Assembly: GCA_965112735.1 (NCBI GenBank)
Contig: OZ218951.1
Span: 1,860,001 to 1,924,000, forward strand
Reading direction: 5' to 3'
Length of the DNA stretch: 64,000 bases
Source: Phaeosaccion multiseriatum
Taxonomy: Eukaryota; Protista; Ochrophyta, other classes
A model generated the notes under the pieces. The model was not told the DNA's origin and ran no database searches. It saw only the letters and a list, made by a program, of their open reading frames with translations. Each line of letters opens with the position of its first letter. Positions within the stretch are counted from its first letter, which is position 1. Both the position numbers and the translations under genes were made by a program. Positions 12,802 through 25,768 of the stretch are shown here, piece by piece.

Positions 12802-13935
12802 TGAGGAAACGCGAAAAAACAAGTAGAATGAAGGGGCAGAGAGAGAAAGAACGGAGAGAGAGAGAGGCTTTATTCTCTGCCCATGTGACCCACCGTACCT
12901 GCCAACGTGATCATGGTGCTCCCCCACGAGCTCTCCCCAGACCCGCGGCTTGAGTGCCGTGGCCCCAAACAGAACGAGCCCACATGCACCATTCTTCCGT
13001 GCCCCTTCCTCTTGCTCTTCCTCTTCCTCGTGCTGCCGTTGCTGCTGCTGATGTTCCTCGCTCTCCACCCCCACTCCCCTTGCCGCCCGATAGAGCAGGT
13101 CGAGCACTCTGCCCTGCTGTGAAGGTCTCTGCTTCACAGCGCTTTCCGGTGCTACTTCATTCAGAGCCTTCCAAGAAGAACCTTGGACGGCAGTTGTGCT
13201 CTCTCCCCCTCGCACCACGACACGTACACTTTGCACCTGCTGCTCCTGCTGCTGCTGCTGCTGCTGCTTCGATTGCATTTTTGTTTGCTTCTGCTGCTTC
13301 TTCTGCTGCTGTTTCTGTTTCTGTTTTGGTTGCTTCGGCTGCAGCTTCTTCTTCTTCTTTTGCTGCTGCTGCGGCAACAGGCTGTTGCTCCGCGGAGGAG
13401 GTGGAGAAGAGAGAGGCGGAGTCAGCAGAGACGTTGGCTGCGGCGGCGGAGGGGGAGTGACGCCTCTCCCATCTCCTTCCCGGTCAGACTGCTTCCCGCT
13501 GGGCGTTCTCGGCCTCTTCCTCGACAGAGGCGGCACGCGCGGGGAGAGCAAGCCCGCGTCCAGCATGGACTCTAGTGCTGTGTCGTTGGGAGCTCCCGTC
13601 ATCGCGAGATGGTCAGGGCTTTGCACCCCACCGCTGAAAGCGCCACCGCCATGACCATTGAATGCGCCGTAAGGGGCCAGATGCATGCCAGGAGGACCAC
13701 CCATGGGAGGCAGGAAGGGCATCATTGGGTGCACGAAGCCGTGCTGAAGTTGCTCAACGTGCGGTGGGTGGAGGCCCGGAGGTGGAGGGCCAAAGGGAGG
13801 ATATACCCATGGTGGCGGTGCCCCCCCCCACAGCGGAACTCCGAGCTGTTGCTGACGCTGCTGCTCTTGCTGCTGCTGCTGGTGGTGGAGTTCCTGCTTG
13901 TGCTTCTGCAGCTGCTGCTTCTGCTCCTTCGGCAT
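8733..13935 (-). CDS. Large low-complexity protein of unknown function (~1,550 aa; poly-Q/G/E/P/S tracts, C-terminal coiled coil)
   Basis: ORFs 12691-13935 and 9150-12716 join via cag|gtacgg..cgtag| (HDHVGR|WVSRSALL). Further exons VGETLKRMAGQ...ADAQ and RIAALKKVVEDRAKQSI* (stop 8733-8735) have canonical sites. Confidence 0.7.
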
Positions 13936-14253
13936 TGTCCTCCCGGCGTCATCAATGCTTCAATACAAAGAAATGCTTTTCGCGGGCCCAAGGGCAGCGA
14001 TCACCGCTACAAGAATGGCTCGAGAAATCGGAAATCGATTCGTGTAGATGGCACCCGATGGGCGACCACACTTTCTCCCGCATTTTGTGCCTAACAAAAA
14101 CAAAAAAGAGTGAGTGAAGAGTGGAGTTTGTTCTTCAAGGAAGTCTTGGACTCTCGCTTTGGCTTCCAGGTGGAGAGGGGACGAAGAGAGGAGAGCCCCC
14201 CATGGCATCAATCTGACACTCAATCTGACACAGGACAAAAAGTGTTGAGCACA

Positions 14254-17200
14254 ATGCCCCAAACACTGCGCGGGCCCCTTCTCTTCCAGAGTGTGCTCTG
14301 CGTCCTATTTTTCTTGGAGCCTACAAGCTGTCTGCTTGTAGCGCCACAGCGGCATCCAGTGTCTCGGCTGAGCCATGGCAGTCAAACCCCCAGCAGAAGC
14401 AGCAGCAGCAGCAGCAGCAGCGGCGGATCAAGAGGCAGCACGAGAAGATGGATCAGTGACTACACGACGAACTGGAACAATCAAGAGGGGCTGCTGTCGC
14501 GATGGAAGGACTTCAGCGCCCAAGAGCTGGAGGTGAAGAGATATATTGGGCAGAAGACCTTCCTCAAGATCACAGACTGGTATGTAGAGTTTCCTTGCTT
14601 GACACTGGCACTTGACTTGCCGACTTGACCCTCTCCGCCGCACCCACATTCCCCTGCCCCGCACCTGCTCATCCTCGTCCTCGTATCCACTGGGACGTCC
14701 ATGCCCCGCCTTGCCTCTCTTCCGCCTCTCCTTTGTCCCTCGTGCCTCGCTTGCCGGCTTGATGCAGGGAGTACCCTGGCCAGGACGAGACGAACCCCAT
14801 GGACCCAGAGACCCCGGGCAGGACCGTGACGAAGAGCGATGGCGGCATCCGGATCTTCGAGGGACAGACCTTGGCCAACACCAAGGTCTGTGTCCCTGTG
14901 TCTCTCTTTGTGTGTCTGACTCCATCTGTGTGTAACTCTCTCTCTGTCTGCGTATCTCTCTCTCTCGTTCTGTGTTAGTATGTCTCTGTTAGTCTCTCTG
15001 TCTCTGTCCGTCTGACTGTCTGTTGTCTCTCTATCTTTCTCTCTCCCTTCGTGTGTGTGTTTTCTCTCCCTCTCTCCGTCTTGTGTGTTTCCCTCTCTCT
15101 CGTTGTGTGTCTGCCTGTATTTGTGTCTCTTTCTCTCCCTGTGAGTATGTCTCTCTCTCTCTTTTACTACTGTGTGTATGCTTATCTCTCTGTTTGCGTG
15201 TGCGTGTGCGCTTCTCTTCACACCCTCACTCCCTTTGCCGTGGCCCTTGACTCTTTGCCCGCTGCAGGTGCTGCTGAAGGAGTACCTGCCGGGTGTGAAG
15301 CCCTTGGCTAAGAACGAAATGAAGGTACCACACTTCCTCCTTCAGGCATAGGGGAAACGGGCCTGAACTGCTATTTACCTGCTGTCTGTCTTTCCCTCTC
15401 TCTCTGTGTGACGCTGTGTCTTTTTTTTTTTGCGCCGGTCCCTCTTTGTTGTTACCCTCTCTTTCTCTCAATCTCCCTCTCCCTCTCCACCCCACCCTCT
15501 CTCCATTCTCTCTCTGTCTGTGCGACTGCATGTCGCCGCTCTCTTCGCTCAGATCATGGAGGCATACCTGGACTCGTGGGAAGACGAGTACGGGGAGAGT
15601 AGAGAGCCCCCTGTAGAGATATTGCTCGGGTCGCTCGTGTCGGATATCACTTTCACCAAGCCAAAATTCGTCGGACGGTGCGTACATAGAGACTTCAATC
15701 GCGCCATCTGTGTGTGTATGCGTAGACTGTGTGCGTGTAGATCTATCTCCGTAGAGCCCATCCTCCCGTCTCTGTCTTCACTTGCTGCAGTTTGCTTCTG
15801 TTGTATACACACCCACACCAACACCCACGCTCGCACTACACTTCTCACCCAAAACACCACACCAACAGATGGGTGAGTCGCTTCCCAGGGGTGCCCTCTC
15901 CCGACACAGGCAACACGTGGCTTGTCTATCGCTGGATGGGCATCGCTACGGTGGACTCGTATGCAAGGGCCAAACAAGAAGCGGCCTTTTGGGATGTCAT
16001 CAACCCGAAGGGCAGAATAGTCAGGCGGACGGTGCGTGGGTTAGTTCATTCGGGGCGTAGGGGGGCGTGGTGGGGTATACATTGTGGAGGCATATGAAGG
16101 GTTTTGACTGAGTGGCGGGGTTGGTTTGATTTGGTTTTGGGTTGCTTGTTTTTCTTCCGTCGTTTTTTTCCCTCCCACATGGCTCTCATTCTCTCACCCA
16201 CTCACTCACTCACTCACTCACTCACTCACTCACTCCCCTCACTCACTCACTCACTCACTCACTCACTCACTCACTCCCCTCACTCACTTCCGCCCCTCAT
16301 TCCCTCCCTCTCGTCCCACTCCCCTTCATGTCCCCCCACCCGGCCCGGCCCGGTCCCTCTCCCTACGACTTCCCGTCCTCCCTCCACGCCTCCTCCTGCG
16401 GCATCGCATTGCCCCCCTCAGGACTTCGTCAAGCGAACAATGCGGGGCTGTCTCAACGCTCTCGGCTGTCTGCATGATGCGGGCATAATTCACAAGTCAG
16501 TGGGGCCCAACAGCTTCATCCTCTCCACTATCGATGAGCGCGCTATTCGGTCTCTCACGGTCAGCATAGGGTGAGTTGAGTGAGTGTGGGGGAGGGAGGG
16601 GTGAGGGAGGGAGGGAGGGAGGGAGGGAGGGAGATGTCCATTTCACCACACACTATCCCTTCACTCGCGTCCCCCTCCCCTCCCCTCGTGTGTGTGTGTG
16701 CTGTGCCGGTCGGTTGGTACTCTACTCGTTTATCCCCCACCCCACCGCGCCATATATACGACACATCACAGCGACCTTGGCTTCGCTCGGCTCGTGTCTG
16801 AGCTCGACAGCGAAACGATCCAAAAGGCCATCAACTTTGGAGCCACCACTCCACTCGGGGTGACGAGCTACTGTGCCAGGGAGGACTTGTACAACCTCGC
16901 CTATGTGTTCTTGGACCTCCTGCTGTCGGCCCTGCCCGAGGGGGCGGAGAAGCAGGGGGATGAGAAGGTGGAGCTGCCCGCGACCGATCAGGCCACGCTC
17001 AAACGTATCGTGGAGGACACCTGCGAATTTGACGTTCTGTACGTATTGTCTGTTGGATGGAGGGGAGGGTCGGACAGGAGAGGAGAGGACCCTTGGTTGG
17101 TTGGTTGGTTGGTTGGTTGGTTGGTTGGTTTGCTTGCTTGCTTGCTTGTTTGCCTTGTACTTCCAGACGTGCGTTGCGTGCGTGTGTTTGCCTGTAGTAT

Positions 17201-17577
17201 GTTTTCGTTTGGAGCGTCAGTAGGGTGGTGTAACCCCCGTTATTCATCATCTCCCTCCCTCCCTCCCTCCCCCTTCCCCCTCTCTCGCTCTTCAAAACAC
17301 GATCATTCGACTTTTTGTGCCTCCCCCGCCACTCCCCCCCCCCCTACCCCGCGCCGAGAGCAGCGGCCGCTTCAGAGACTACGTAAGGAGTGTGGAGGAG
17401 TGGGGCCTGGTTGCTTCGGAGCTTGACGCCAACAGCGGGGCTGGTTGGAAGTTCCTGAAGCTCATGCTCACGGCACGGCTATCGGCGGAGGAAAACCCTT
17501 TAGGCCAGGGTGGCGGGGGTGTGTTTGTCATGATGAATGCAAGGGGCTTCCTGGACCACCCCTATCTCAAGCAATAA
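14254..17577 (+). CDS. Plastid-targeted protein kinase-like protein (STN7/STN8/ORG1-PAP14-related), probably catalytically atypical
   Basis: N-terminus MPQTLRGPLLFQSVLCVLFFLEPTSC-LLV plus Ser/Arg-rich transit peptide. Eight exons give VLLKEY (VAIK), NTWLVYRWMG, LGCLHDAGIIHKSVGPNSFIL, DLGF, EDLYNLAYVFL, GAGWKFLKLML and FLDHPYL*. Confidence 0.8.
16195..16290 (+). repeat. (TCAC)n microsatellite, intronic
   Basis: Tandem TCAC units in a kinase intron. Confidence 0.9.
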
Positions 17578-18752
17578 GTGAATTTTTGTTGTTGTTGTAA
17601 AGTTCCTCAGCAAGTAGCATTCAGCTAAAATTGACGTAGTTTTCATTTCGTTGTATCAAAGGGAAACTTCTCTACGTGTTGCGTTACACAAGGCCAGTAC
17701 ATATCCATAGTGCTCTCTGTCCGACTCTATTCCTCAAGAACGGGGCAGTCGAACCAACCCACACCTGTGAGCACCCTCTCCTTCTCCCTCCCCCACGCAT
17801 TCTGATCGGGCTTCGTCGGCACACAAACACACACACACACACCCCGCTTCCCTCGAACCCGACTATCCAGCTTCGTATGTTGTCCGCGTGATGCTTTCCG
17901 TTTGGATGGAAACCACCGAGCTGACGACAAAGGAGGCCGGCTGGTCGGGATGGAGTACAACTCTGTGTATCTTCCTCCCCGGCCAGCGGCTGGCCAACAC
18001 AAGCTCATGTTGGCTGCCTCCCCAGCCAGAGGCAGGCCAACACAAGAAATAAAAACTGCAGCAAAGGTGCCCGGGGAGGAGGGGGCGGCGGCAAGGCAAG
18101 ACATGGAAGAAGAAGAGAACGGCAAAGCCGCGTCCATCCTTCTTCCACCCTTCCTTCCGACCCTAATCCACGTCACGAGCAAGCTGTTCTCACGGTGCCC
18201 CCCCTCCCCCCACTCTTGCGCTGCTCCTCCCCTTCTCGAAGGGCTCTCAGGGCCCGAAGAGAGTGATTCCCTGGGCACAGTGTAACGCTTGGACTCAAGG
18301 CAGAAATTGGTGTGTTTGACCGCATCCTCTTCTCGGAAGGCCGGCGAGCCCCAGCAGCGCTGGATTCAAGTCTCGGTACCGAGACCGTGACATCACCCCT
18401 CGATCCCATCCCCCGACCCTCGACCGTATGGCCGTGCACAGCTGGAACACCAGGAGTACCCAAGGGACCTGAGGAATACAAACTACCAAGCGTTGGGTCT
18501 CTCCTCTCCTCTCTCCTGCCTGCCCTGGCGGGTGCCCAAACCACCTTGGCTGCTGCGCTGCTGCTGCTTGTGGGAGGAGAGAGTCCCGTCCCTAAGAAGG
18601 TCAGGTCCTGCCCTCCTGCCGCTGCCAGTCAGGGAAGGAGCTGTGGCCCCCCTCTATGTACATCTTGTGACGCAGACATGCACGCACCCACGCACGCACA
18701 CACTCACTGCTGCTTGCTTTGTGCTTCGTGGCTAGGGGCTGCTTTGCCTTGC

Positions 18753-19703
18753 CTACGTCAGGGGAATGCCGCTAGTCTCAACGGGGACCTTGTGGTGTAA
18801 CAGGTGTATCCAGTCAGCGCTGGTGAGCGGGAGAAGACCCATGGTGGAGCATTTGTACAGGCCGATGCAGCAGCCAACGAGGTTGAGCCCAATGTACACC
18901 AGCTTGGGCATGGTGAGGTCAACATCGCTTACTTGCCGGAACACTGTTAGGTGACAGACAGGCAGAGAGGATGGAGGGGGTCACATACACGCACGGAGTA
19001 TGGCTTAGAGAGGAGGCGAAGGGAGGAGGCTGAGGTTGCATACCCACCAACCGGGCTTCTGTACCCACAACAACTGAGCTTCGAAGAGCGGAGACGAAAG
19101 GTGAAAGCTGCGTAAGAACGCAGAAGGTCGCAGCACTCACCATTCTCCATGTTTCCAATGGCCTTGAAGGGCATGCTGAGGATGTTGAAGAGCATAAAGA
19201 GGGTGATGATGGAGCCTCCGCTGCCCATCATGAAAGACATGAAGGCGATCATGGGCAGCGACTTGCCTGCTCCCATCGCCAGCTCCATCGCTCGCTGAGA
19301 GTCAGCAGCAGTATAGCGCGGGAAGTCAGGTGGCCGGGTGAGGAGCAGCAAAAGGCAGAAGGGAAAAGGGATGGAAGGAGGAGAGCCGAAACCGCAGCCG
19401 CTTCTACGACGGAAAGGGGGGGGGAGACAGAGCAACGAACCTTCTTCTTCTTGGCCACGAGATCACCGGCTCCTGCGACAGAGGTGTCGTCTCTCTGGAG
19501 GCCAAGAACGAGGGGGAGGTTTCCAAAGAGAGAAGCAGATTGGTGAGGGGAGCGGGCCAATGCAAGAGAGGGGCGCAATACTACAGGAGGATGGTGACCT
19601 GTGCACTCACCATGTCCACCTTTGGATCAAAGCCTGGTGGTCTAGCGAGGGTCTTGTCCGAGGCCCCGACCAGGTCATATCTCCACGGGGTGAGGACCAC
19701 CAT
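18753..19703 (-). CDS. EMC4: ER membrane protein complex subunit 4 (TMEM85)
   Basis: Four exons: MVVLTPWRYDL...RPPGFDP | ...AKKKK | RAMELAMGAGKSLPMIAFMSFMMG...PFKAI | FRQV...PKLVYIGLNL..GLYKCSTMGLLPLTSADW. These are hallmark EMC4 motifs. Confidence 0.9.
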
Positions 19704-19886
19704 ACTTGCGCCTCTCTTTGACTTTCTTGGCGAGTTGATTACTTGGTTTGGGGAAGAGAAGGGGGAGAAGTAGTAGAGTTTTGGCAATTGGAAGTTTCAA
19801 GACGATTTGCAGCGTCCACCCCCGGGTTTTTGGGTTGTGGAGTGGCCAGGACATTGTGCAGGTATCCCTTTGCATTAAGAGACAAC
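19704..19886. promoter_or_regulatory. Putative bidirectional promoter, EMC4/RPS3A
   Basis: Only 183 bp separate the two divergent start codons. Confidence 0.65.
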
Positions 19887-22800
19887 ATGGCCGTCGGTGA
19901 GTATAGGAGCGAAGAAGGAGGAGAGGCGTGACAGAGGGGCTCGTGTTCCCTGCTTGTTGCGTCTGCGAGCGGTTTGGTGGTCCCGCGGTGCGTGACCGCA
20001 AAGCGCCCTGGGTGAGGGTACCATTGTCATGGGCTTATCCTCTCTGGAGAGTGCGTCTCTGCGTGCGAGTCTCGGAAAGCGGCAGCTGGATATATGGAGG
20101 AGAAGGGGGAGGCAAGCGTCTTGGGCAGGAGCTGGGCTTTTGGATGATGGAAGAGCCGAGGGGGGAGGAGAGAAGGGCCAACTTTAATTGGTAGTCCCTT
20201 ATCTCTTGGTGATGCTGTTGAAAGGGTTTGCAGGACGAGTGCTCTTGCGCTACCCTCTTACTTCCGCGTCGATGGGAGGAGGGTTGGATGATATTAGAGA
20301 GAGGAAGCGGGGATGAGTGATACAGAGGACACTGAGGCAGACCCTCCACCACGACGAGGAACAGCACCAACAACCAGCATCTGCAGAGCCTCTAGCCTGC
20401 ATACCCTCAGCTTGCTATAAGGGAGCGGCGTGGCTGCGAAGTGACATCTCTGCGGTGCGTGCCGTCTGACTGCGGCCATAACGTCATGAAGAGTGCAGTC
20501 GGGAGACAACCACAGCGTTGATGGTGTGGGTGGTGATGTGGGCACTCAAGCTTCTTCCCCCCTGATGTACGAAGTGGGTCATACGCCCGGGATTGGGGAG
20601 CCGCAGCAGCCCATGACTCGTCCGAAGAATATTTGGCAAGGGCCTGACTATCGACCTAGAGCAGCGAGGGGTTGAAAGGGAGGGAGAGCTGTGAATGTGA
20701 AGCAGAGCGAGCCCAGGGGGAAGCGAAGAGATGTGCAAGCTGTGATGAGAGTGGACATTATCACAGACAGACAGTTCCAGGGCCAGGTCTTTTACATGGC
20801 TGGAAGACGAGGATTTTCGAAGAGGGTTGCAGCTTCGTCACCACGGCCACCACCACCAGCAGCAGCAGCAACAGGGGCCAGCACTTTGATCAAATTGAAT
20901 GGGCACTCTTGCCCTTAAGCATGGCCGTATCCGCACCTCCCAATCCTCTTTCCTGACCCCTCTCCCACCCATGCTCCTCCTTTTCTTGTTCTTCTTCTTC
21001 GTGCTTGTCCCTGTCTTGCCTCATCGTACCACCCCCCAGGTAAGGCCCAGAAGAAGACGGGCCGCAAGGGTGGCAAGAAGAAGGCCGTGGACCCCTTCCT
21101 CAAGAAGGAGTGGTACGATGTCAAGGCCCCCTCCATGTTCGCCGTCAAGAACTGCGGCAAGACTCTCATCACGCGAACCACAGGAACAAGTGAGTCTATA
21201 CATACTACACTGACTTCCTTACGTTGAAGTCGTGCAAGTACCTCCTTGACCACCACTTGAATGAATGAATGATTGGCACGAGAACTTCCTTGTACCCGTT
21301 GGGTCGGAAGCTGCCTTGCCCCCCCCCCCTCAAACGCCAAGGTGCTCGCTGTCTCCTCACCAACCTTCCTGTCTGCTCTGTCCTCCTCTCTGCTCTGCTC
21401 TGCCCTCCCGCCCCCCTGCAGAGATTGCGTCTGAGGGCCTTAAGGGACGTGTGTTCGAGGTGTCTCTGGGAGACCTCAACAACGACGAGGACCAGGTACG
21501 TAGGCATGTTTTGTATTCAGTCACAAGTCAAACGGTCTGTTGCTCTTGTTGTTCTCGTCCCCTCCCTCGCCGCCCCCACCTGACGACTTGACTTCACTGC
21601 TGGGAGGAGCCAGAAGACAGTAATTACAGTTAGCGTCTGGTTCTCGTTCTAGTCTATGTGTATTCACCCCCCCCCCCCTCTGCTCCATCTGCTCCCTTTG
21701 ACGGCAACACACAGGGCTACCGTAAGATCCGACTGTGTTGCGAGGAGGTGCAGGGCACACACGTGAGTAGCGAGAGTGACACAAGCGGCGGTGGCAGAGT
21801 TTGCACTGGTACCACCTGGGGAGAAGAAGAATGGTAACAGGGGAAATGTAGGGAAATGTCGTGAATGGTAACAGGGGAAATGTCTTGTACGTGTGCGCGC
21901 GTGTCTGTGTATACACACGGCATGAGGCTGTGGTAGAGGGACGGAAGAGAAGGGAAATTTACTAATCATCACACCTATCTGTCTTCTCTCTTTGCTTCTC
22001 TCTTCTCTCTCTGCTTTGATGGAACCGCGCACACACGCACACACACACATACACACACACCATAGGTGCTGACCAACTTCCACGGCATGGACCTGACCCG
22101 CGACAAGCTCTGCTCTCTTATCAAGAAGTGGCAATCGCTCGTCGAGGGACAGGTGCGTGTCATTTGTCATTGAAATCATTCCGTGTGTGGGTGCGTGCGT
22201 GCGTCCGTGCGTGGGTCGTTGTGAGCAACAGGCAGGGGAGGGAAGCGGGGGGGGGGGGGGGGGGGGGGGCGGCAAAGATGTGCTGCATCTGTGGAGAAGA
22301 TAGGGGTGCGGGATGAGACTAGATTGCGTAGTCTCGCCTCTTGACTCCGATGCTGGGTCGCTCCTCACCCCCCCACCCCACCCCTCCCTTCCATCCTGCC
22401 CCATACACCTCCCCATCCATCCATCCATCCAGGTTGACGTGCGCACCACGGACGGTTACTACCTGCGCATGTTCTGCATCGGCTTCACCCAAAAGCAGAG
22501 CAACCAGATCAAGCGCACTTGCTACGCGCAGGCCTCGCAGATCAGGGCCATTCGCAAGAAGATGACCGACATCATGGCCGACGAGGTGCGTTGTATCTGT
22601 GCATGTTTGCGTATGAGGGGGTGCCTTTGGCATGGCATGGGTGCAAAATTACCAATTGTCAGTTCAACTTCGCATTCTCTGAACCACTTCCTCCTGCCTG
22701 CCTGCCTGCCTGCCTCACTCACTCCCACCCTCCCTCCCTTTCTCCCCCCTCCACCCCTTCCCCCAGGCCTCCAAGGGCGACCTTAAGGAGCTGGTGCTGA

Positions 22801-23266
22801 AGCTCATCCCCGAGTCCATCTCTGGACAGATCCTCAAGGCGTGCCAGGGCATCTACCCCCTGCAGAACGTTTACGTGCGCAAGGTCAAGATCCTCAAGAA
22901 GCCCAAGTTCGATCGTAAGTCATTTAAATTTCTTAGTCCTTTTGCCGTCTCCTTCCTTCTCTCTTCCTTCTCCAATTTGCCTTGTGCTACCCGCTTCCTT
23001 TCTCTTTCAGTTTCTTTTCTCTTCTCTTTGTTTTCTTCCTCCTTCCGAAGTCTGAGCTCTTGTGTTTTGTATCAGCCCGCCCGCCCTTTTCTTCCTTCAC
23101 TCCGGGCCTCTGACTGACCCTCTACACTTCCTCCACCCCTGCCTGCCTGCCTGCCTTGCCCGCCTCAGTGGTGAAGCTGATGGAGATGCACGCGGACGGA
23201 GAGGACGTCGGCAAGGCTGTGGAGCCCGCAGTCGAGGCCCTCGCCGGCTCGGGGGGACGCCTCTAA
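19887..23266 (+). CDS. RPS3A: 40S ribosomal protein S3a (eS1)
   Basis: Exon 1 is ATGGCCGTCG|gtgagt (19887-19896). Intron 1 is 19897-21039. Then [108 protein letters not shown], ending LAGSGGRL*. Eight exons. Confidence 0.97.
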
Positions 23267-23698
23267 ACAGCTCTGTCGTCCTCCCCCCCCTTTGGCGCTA
23301 CTACGAGTAGACGGTAGCTAGCCCAGAGGGAGGAGAAGACATGAGTAAAATAAAGGATACCGCACTGAAACTACCTACTGCCACTTTGCAAGCAAGCGAG
23401 CAAGAAGAAGGGGGGGTAAGCCATGGGAAAGCGCTTCCTTCGGCTTTTGCTTCTCTCTACAGTCATTCAATGCTCTGCGTCATTTGCAAGAAATCAGAGG
23501 AGCAGGACTCCACACCAACACCACGACAGAGCGTCGAAGGGGAGGCAGGCAGGAAGTCTTTTCCCCCGCACACTCACACACACCCCAAACACTCTATACA
23601 CTTTTGGGTTTTATTTATTACAAGGACTACACAGCAAGAAAGGAATAGTCGATGTTGGCGTGAGAGGCCCCTTACACATACCCTACCCTCCCACTGAT

Positions 23699-24588
23699 CT
23701 AATCGCCCACAACGCATGCAGCCGCTTTGGGAGCGAGTGAGGCGTTTGACAAGACTCCCGTGCCTGTTGTTGCCTCGAAGACAACACCTCCACTCCCAGC
23801 ACCAGCATCAGCACCTGAAACGCACGCACGCACGCACACACACACGGGGAAGGATGGGCGGAGGTAAGGCGGTGAGGAGGTGAGGAGCGAGGACGGAGGC
23901 CTATCTAAGCCCACCCCCGACTCCATTCAGCCAGAAGCAAGAACCCATACACACACGCACGCACACACACACCAGCTTGTTCCGCTGCCGTCGGGGGGGG
24001 AAAGTGAGCATTGAGCTCCAAGAAGGCGTAGAGAGGCTCTCGGAGGGGCGGGTCCGTCTCGTAGGCATTGGCCAGCACCTCCTTGATCCAGGCGTGGAGC
24101 ATCGCCTGTCGCTCCGCCAACTGCTCTGGAGTCAGCCCACTATGCCTGCTGCTCTTACCACCGCTGCCGAAAAAGCTGCTTCCCGCAAATAAGCGTGTAC
24201 AACAAGGGTAAGACAGAGAGGATTCATGCATGAAGATGAGAAAAGAGAGATCGAGAGAGAGATGTACACGTAGGGTCACTCGAACCACCTCTCCCACCGC
24301 CTTCATGGCATCGTCTTAATGGTGTCTCTCGATTTTTCTCGGATGCAGCTGGAGATGAACTCATCATCTCACCTGCGAAAGGCATTTTTGGGCGGAAAGG
24401 CGCAATTCAGAGGGCGTCGGCTCCGCCTGCCTGGCCCACTGAGCAGGCTCTCCTTGAAGCTCCAAAAGGCAGAGTATCGCCTGAGCACCGAGTAGACGTA
24501 TCCCCCCTCACAGCGCACCTCCACCTCTGCAGGGGGTGACACAGCCAGGGACCGACCAGCAACAACAGCGTCAGCAGCAGATTTGACA

Positions 24589-24622
<34 letters not shown>

Positions 24623-25316
24623 AAGAGAACCGAGATTACGAGAGGAGCAGAGAGCAGGTTTGCTTCGGATCTCTCATAAGTCGTAGTACGGATTCTGTGG
24701 AAAGGTAGCTGTGAATCTTTAGCTACCGGAAGAGGCAAGGATGCACACTTCCCTTCCTTCCCGTTGTCTACCCACCGTAGTAGAGCTTTCCGCTGGCATC
24801 ATGCCCTTCTTCAACGACCGAGGCGGTGATATTCACGTCGTTCACTTGCAACGGGGCTTGCAGCACCCCCTCAGGAGGGTGGCCGGCCTTCACCACCACC
24901 ACGTTCGCGGGAAGGGGCCGCGCTCGCCGTGGAGCTACGTGATGGCGGTGCGGTGGCGCTACTGTCGGAGCTACCGTACCAGTTACCACCCCGGCTGTGA
25001 GAGGAAGAAGAGCAAGAGCAAGAAGAGGAGTAACAGTAGGAGTGAGGGTAAGGCCATCTCCAGTCCCCTATCTTCTTCTCTCCACCTCCTTCAGGCCCAC
25101 AAGCTCAATCACCTACCAAGAGGGGAGGGTTGCTCCCCAAGGGTCCCTCCTTCAGCACCAGCACGTGGTCTGGGAAGAAGGCAGTAGAGAGGGGGGGAAG
25201 CGGAACAGAGGAAAGTGGGTTAGGGAAGAGCCTTGGCGTGAATAACAGTGAAGCCAAGGACGCAGAGAAGCGAAAACAACGAGAGCAAACAGGTGGGGCA
25301 CACACCCTCGAGGCAT
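23699..25316 (-). CDS. PX (Phox) domain protein
   Basis: Spliced VNITASVVEEGHDASGKLYY|EVEVRCEGGYVYSVLRRYSAFWSFKESL...CAFPPKNAFR|...PEQLAERQAMLHAWIKEVL...LYAFLEL gives the PX signature (RRYSxF, FPPK, ERxxxLxxW). Start at 25316 (MPRG|) is tentative. Confidence 0.75.
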
Positions 25317-25768
25317 TGGCGGGATGTCCTTTAGAATGGGGGGGGGGAGGGGGGGAATTTTCTTCAGGTGTTGGCACTGGAGCGTCGCGATCTGTTGCCC
25401 CTTTTCACTTTTCACGCATTCTGGCTGGCTGCCTGTCGGGGGTGGGGTGAATAGCCGAGTCCTGCCATGCTCACACCAGAGCTCTTCAGGCTGGAACACA
25501 CATTTCTGTCTCTTCTATTGACGTAAATCTACGCATTCCCTTCGAGGAGAAGGGGTGACCCTAATATTTCGCATTGACGCTCCACGAGGAAGAAGGCAAG
25601 GCGGGGACTGCCTGCCCCGCCTCCTTGGCTGCCGGACAAAGAAGCTCTACATATGAGTAGCTCTGCAAGACCCCCTCAGACTGACCCGCCCCAGCAGGCC
25701 AGTGTAGCCCAAGGAGCACACGGTGTGCTCCCCTTTGGAGAGGCTCGCACACACCCAGCTCTCACTCA

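Noticed and set aside
18370-18385. Perfect 16-bp palindrome GTCTCGGTACCGAGAC
   Set aside because: Single occurrence; one palindrome of this length is expected by chance in 64 kb.
17902-18800. Short ORFs between the convergent kinase and EMC4 3' ends
   Set aside because: No consistent exon chain or homology was recognised; more likely UTR or intergenic.
20921-20932. ATGGCC|GTATCC as the RPS3A start
   Set aside because: A phase-0 donor would put exon 2 out of frame; the exon at 19887-19896 restores MAVGK.
20742-20956. Box C (GTGATGA) candidate snoRNA in RPS3A intron 1
   Set aside because: The nearest CTGA is ~200 nt away and coincides with the likely branch point; no terminal stem or rRNA guide was recognised.
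21515-21650. Two hairpins in RPS3A intron 3 as an H/ACA snoRNA
   Set aside because: No ANANNA hinge or terminal ACA in the expected positions.
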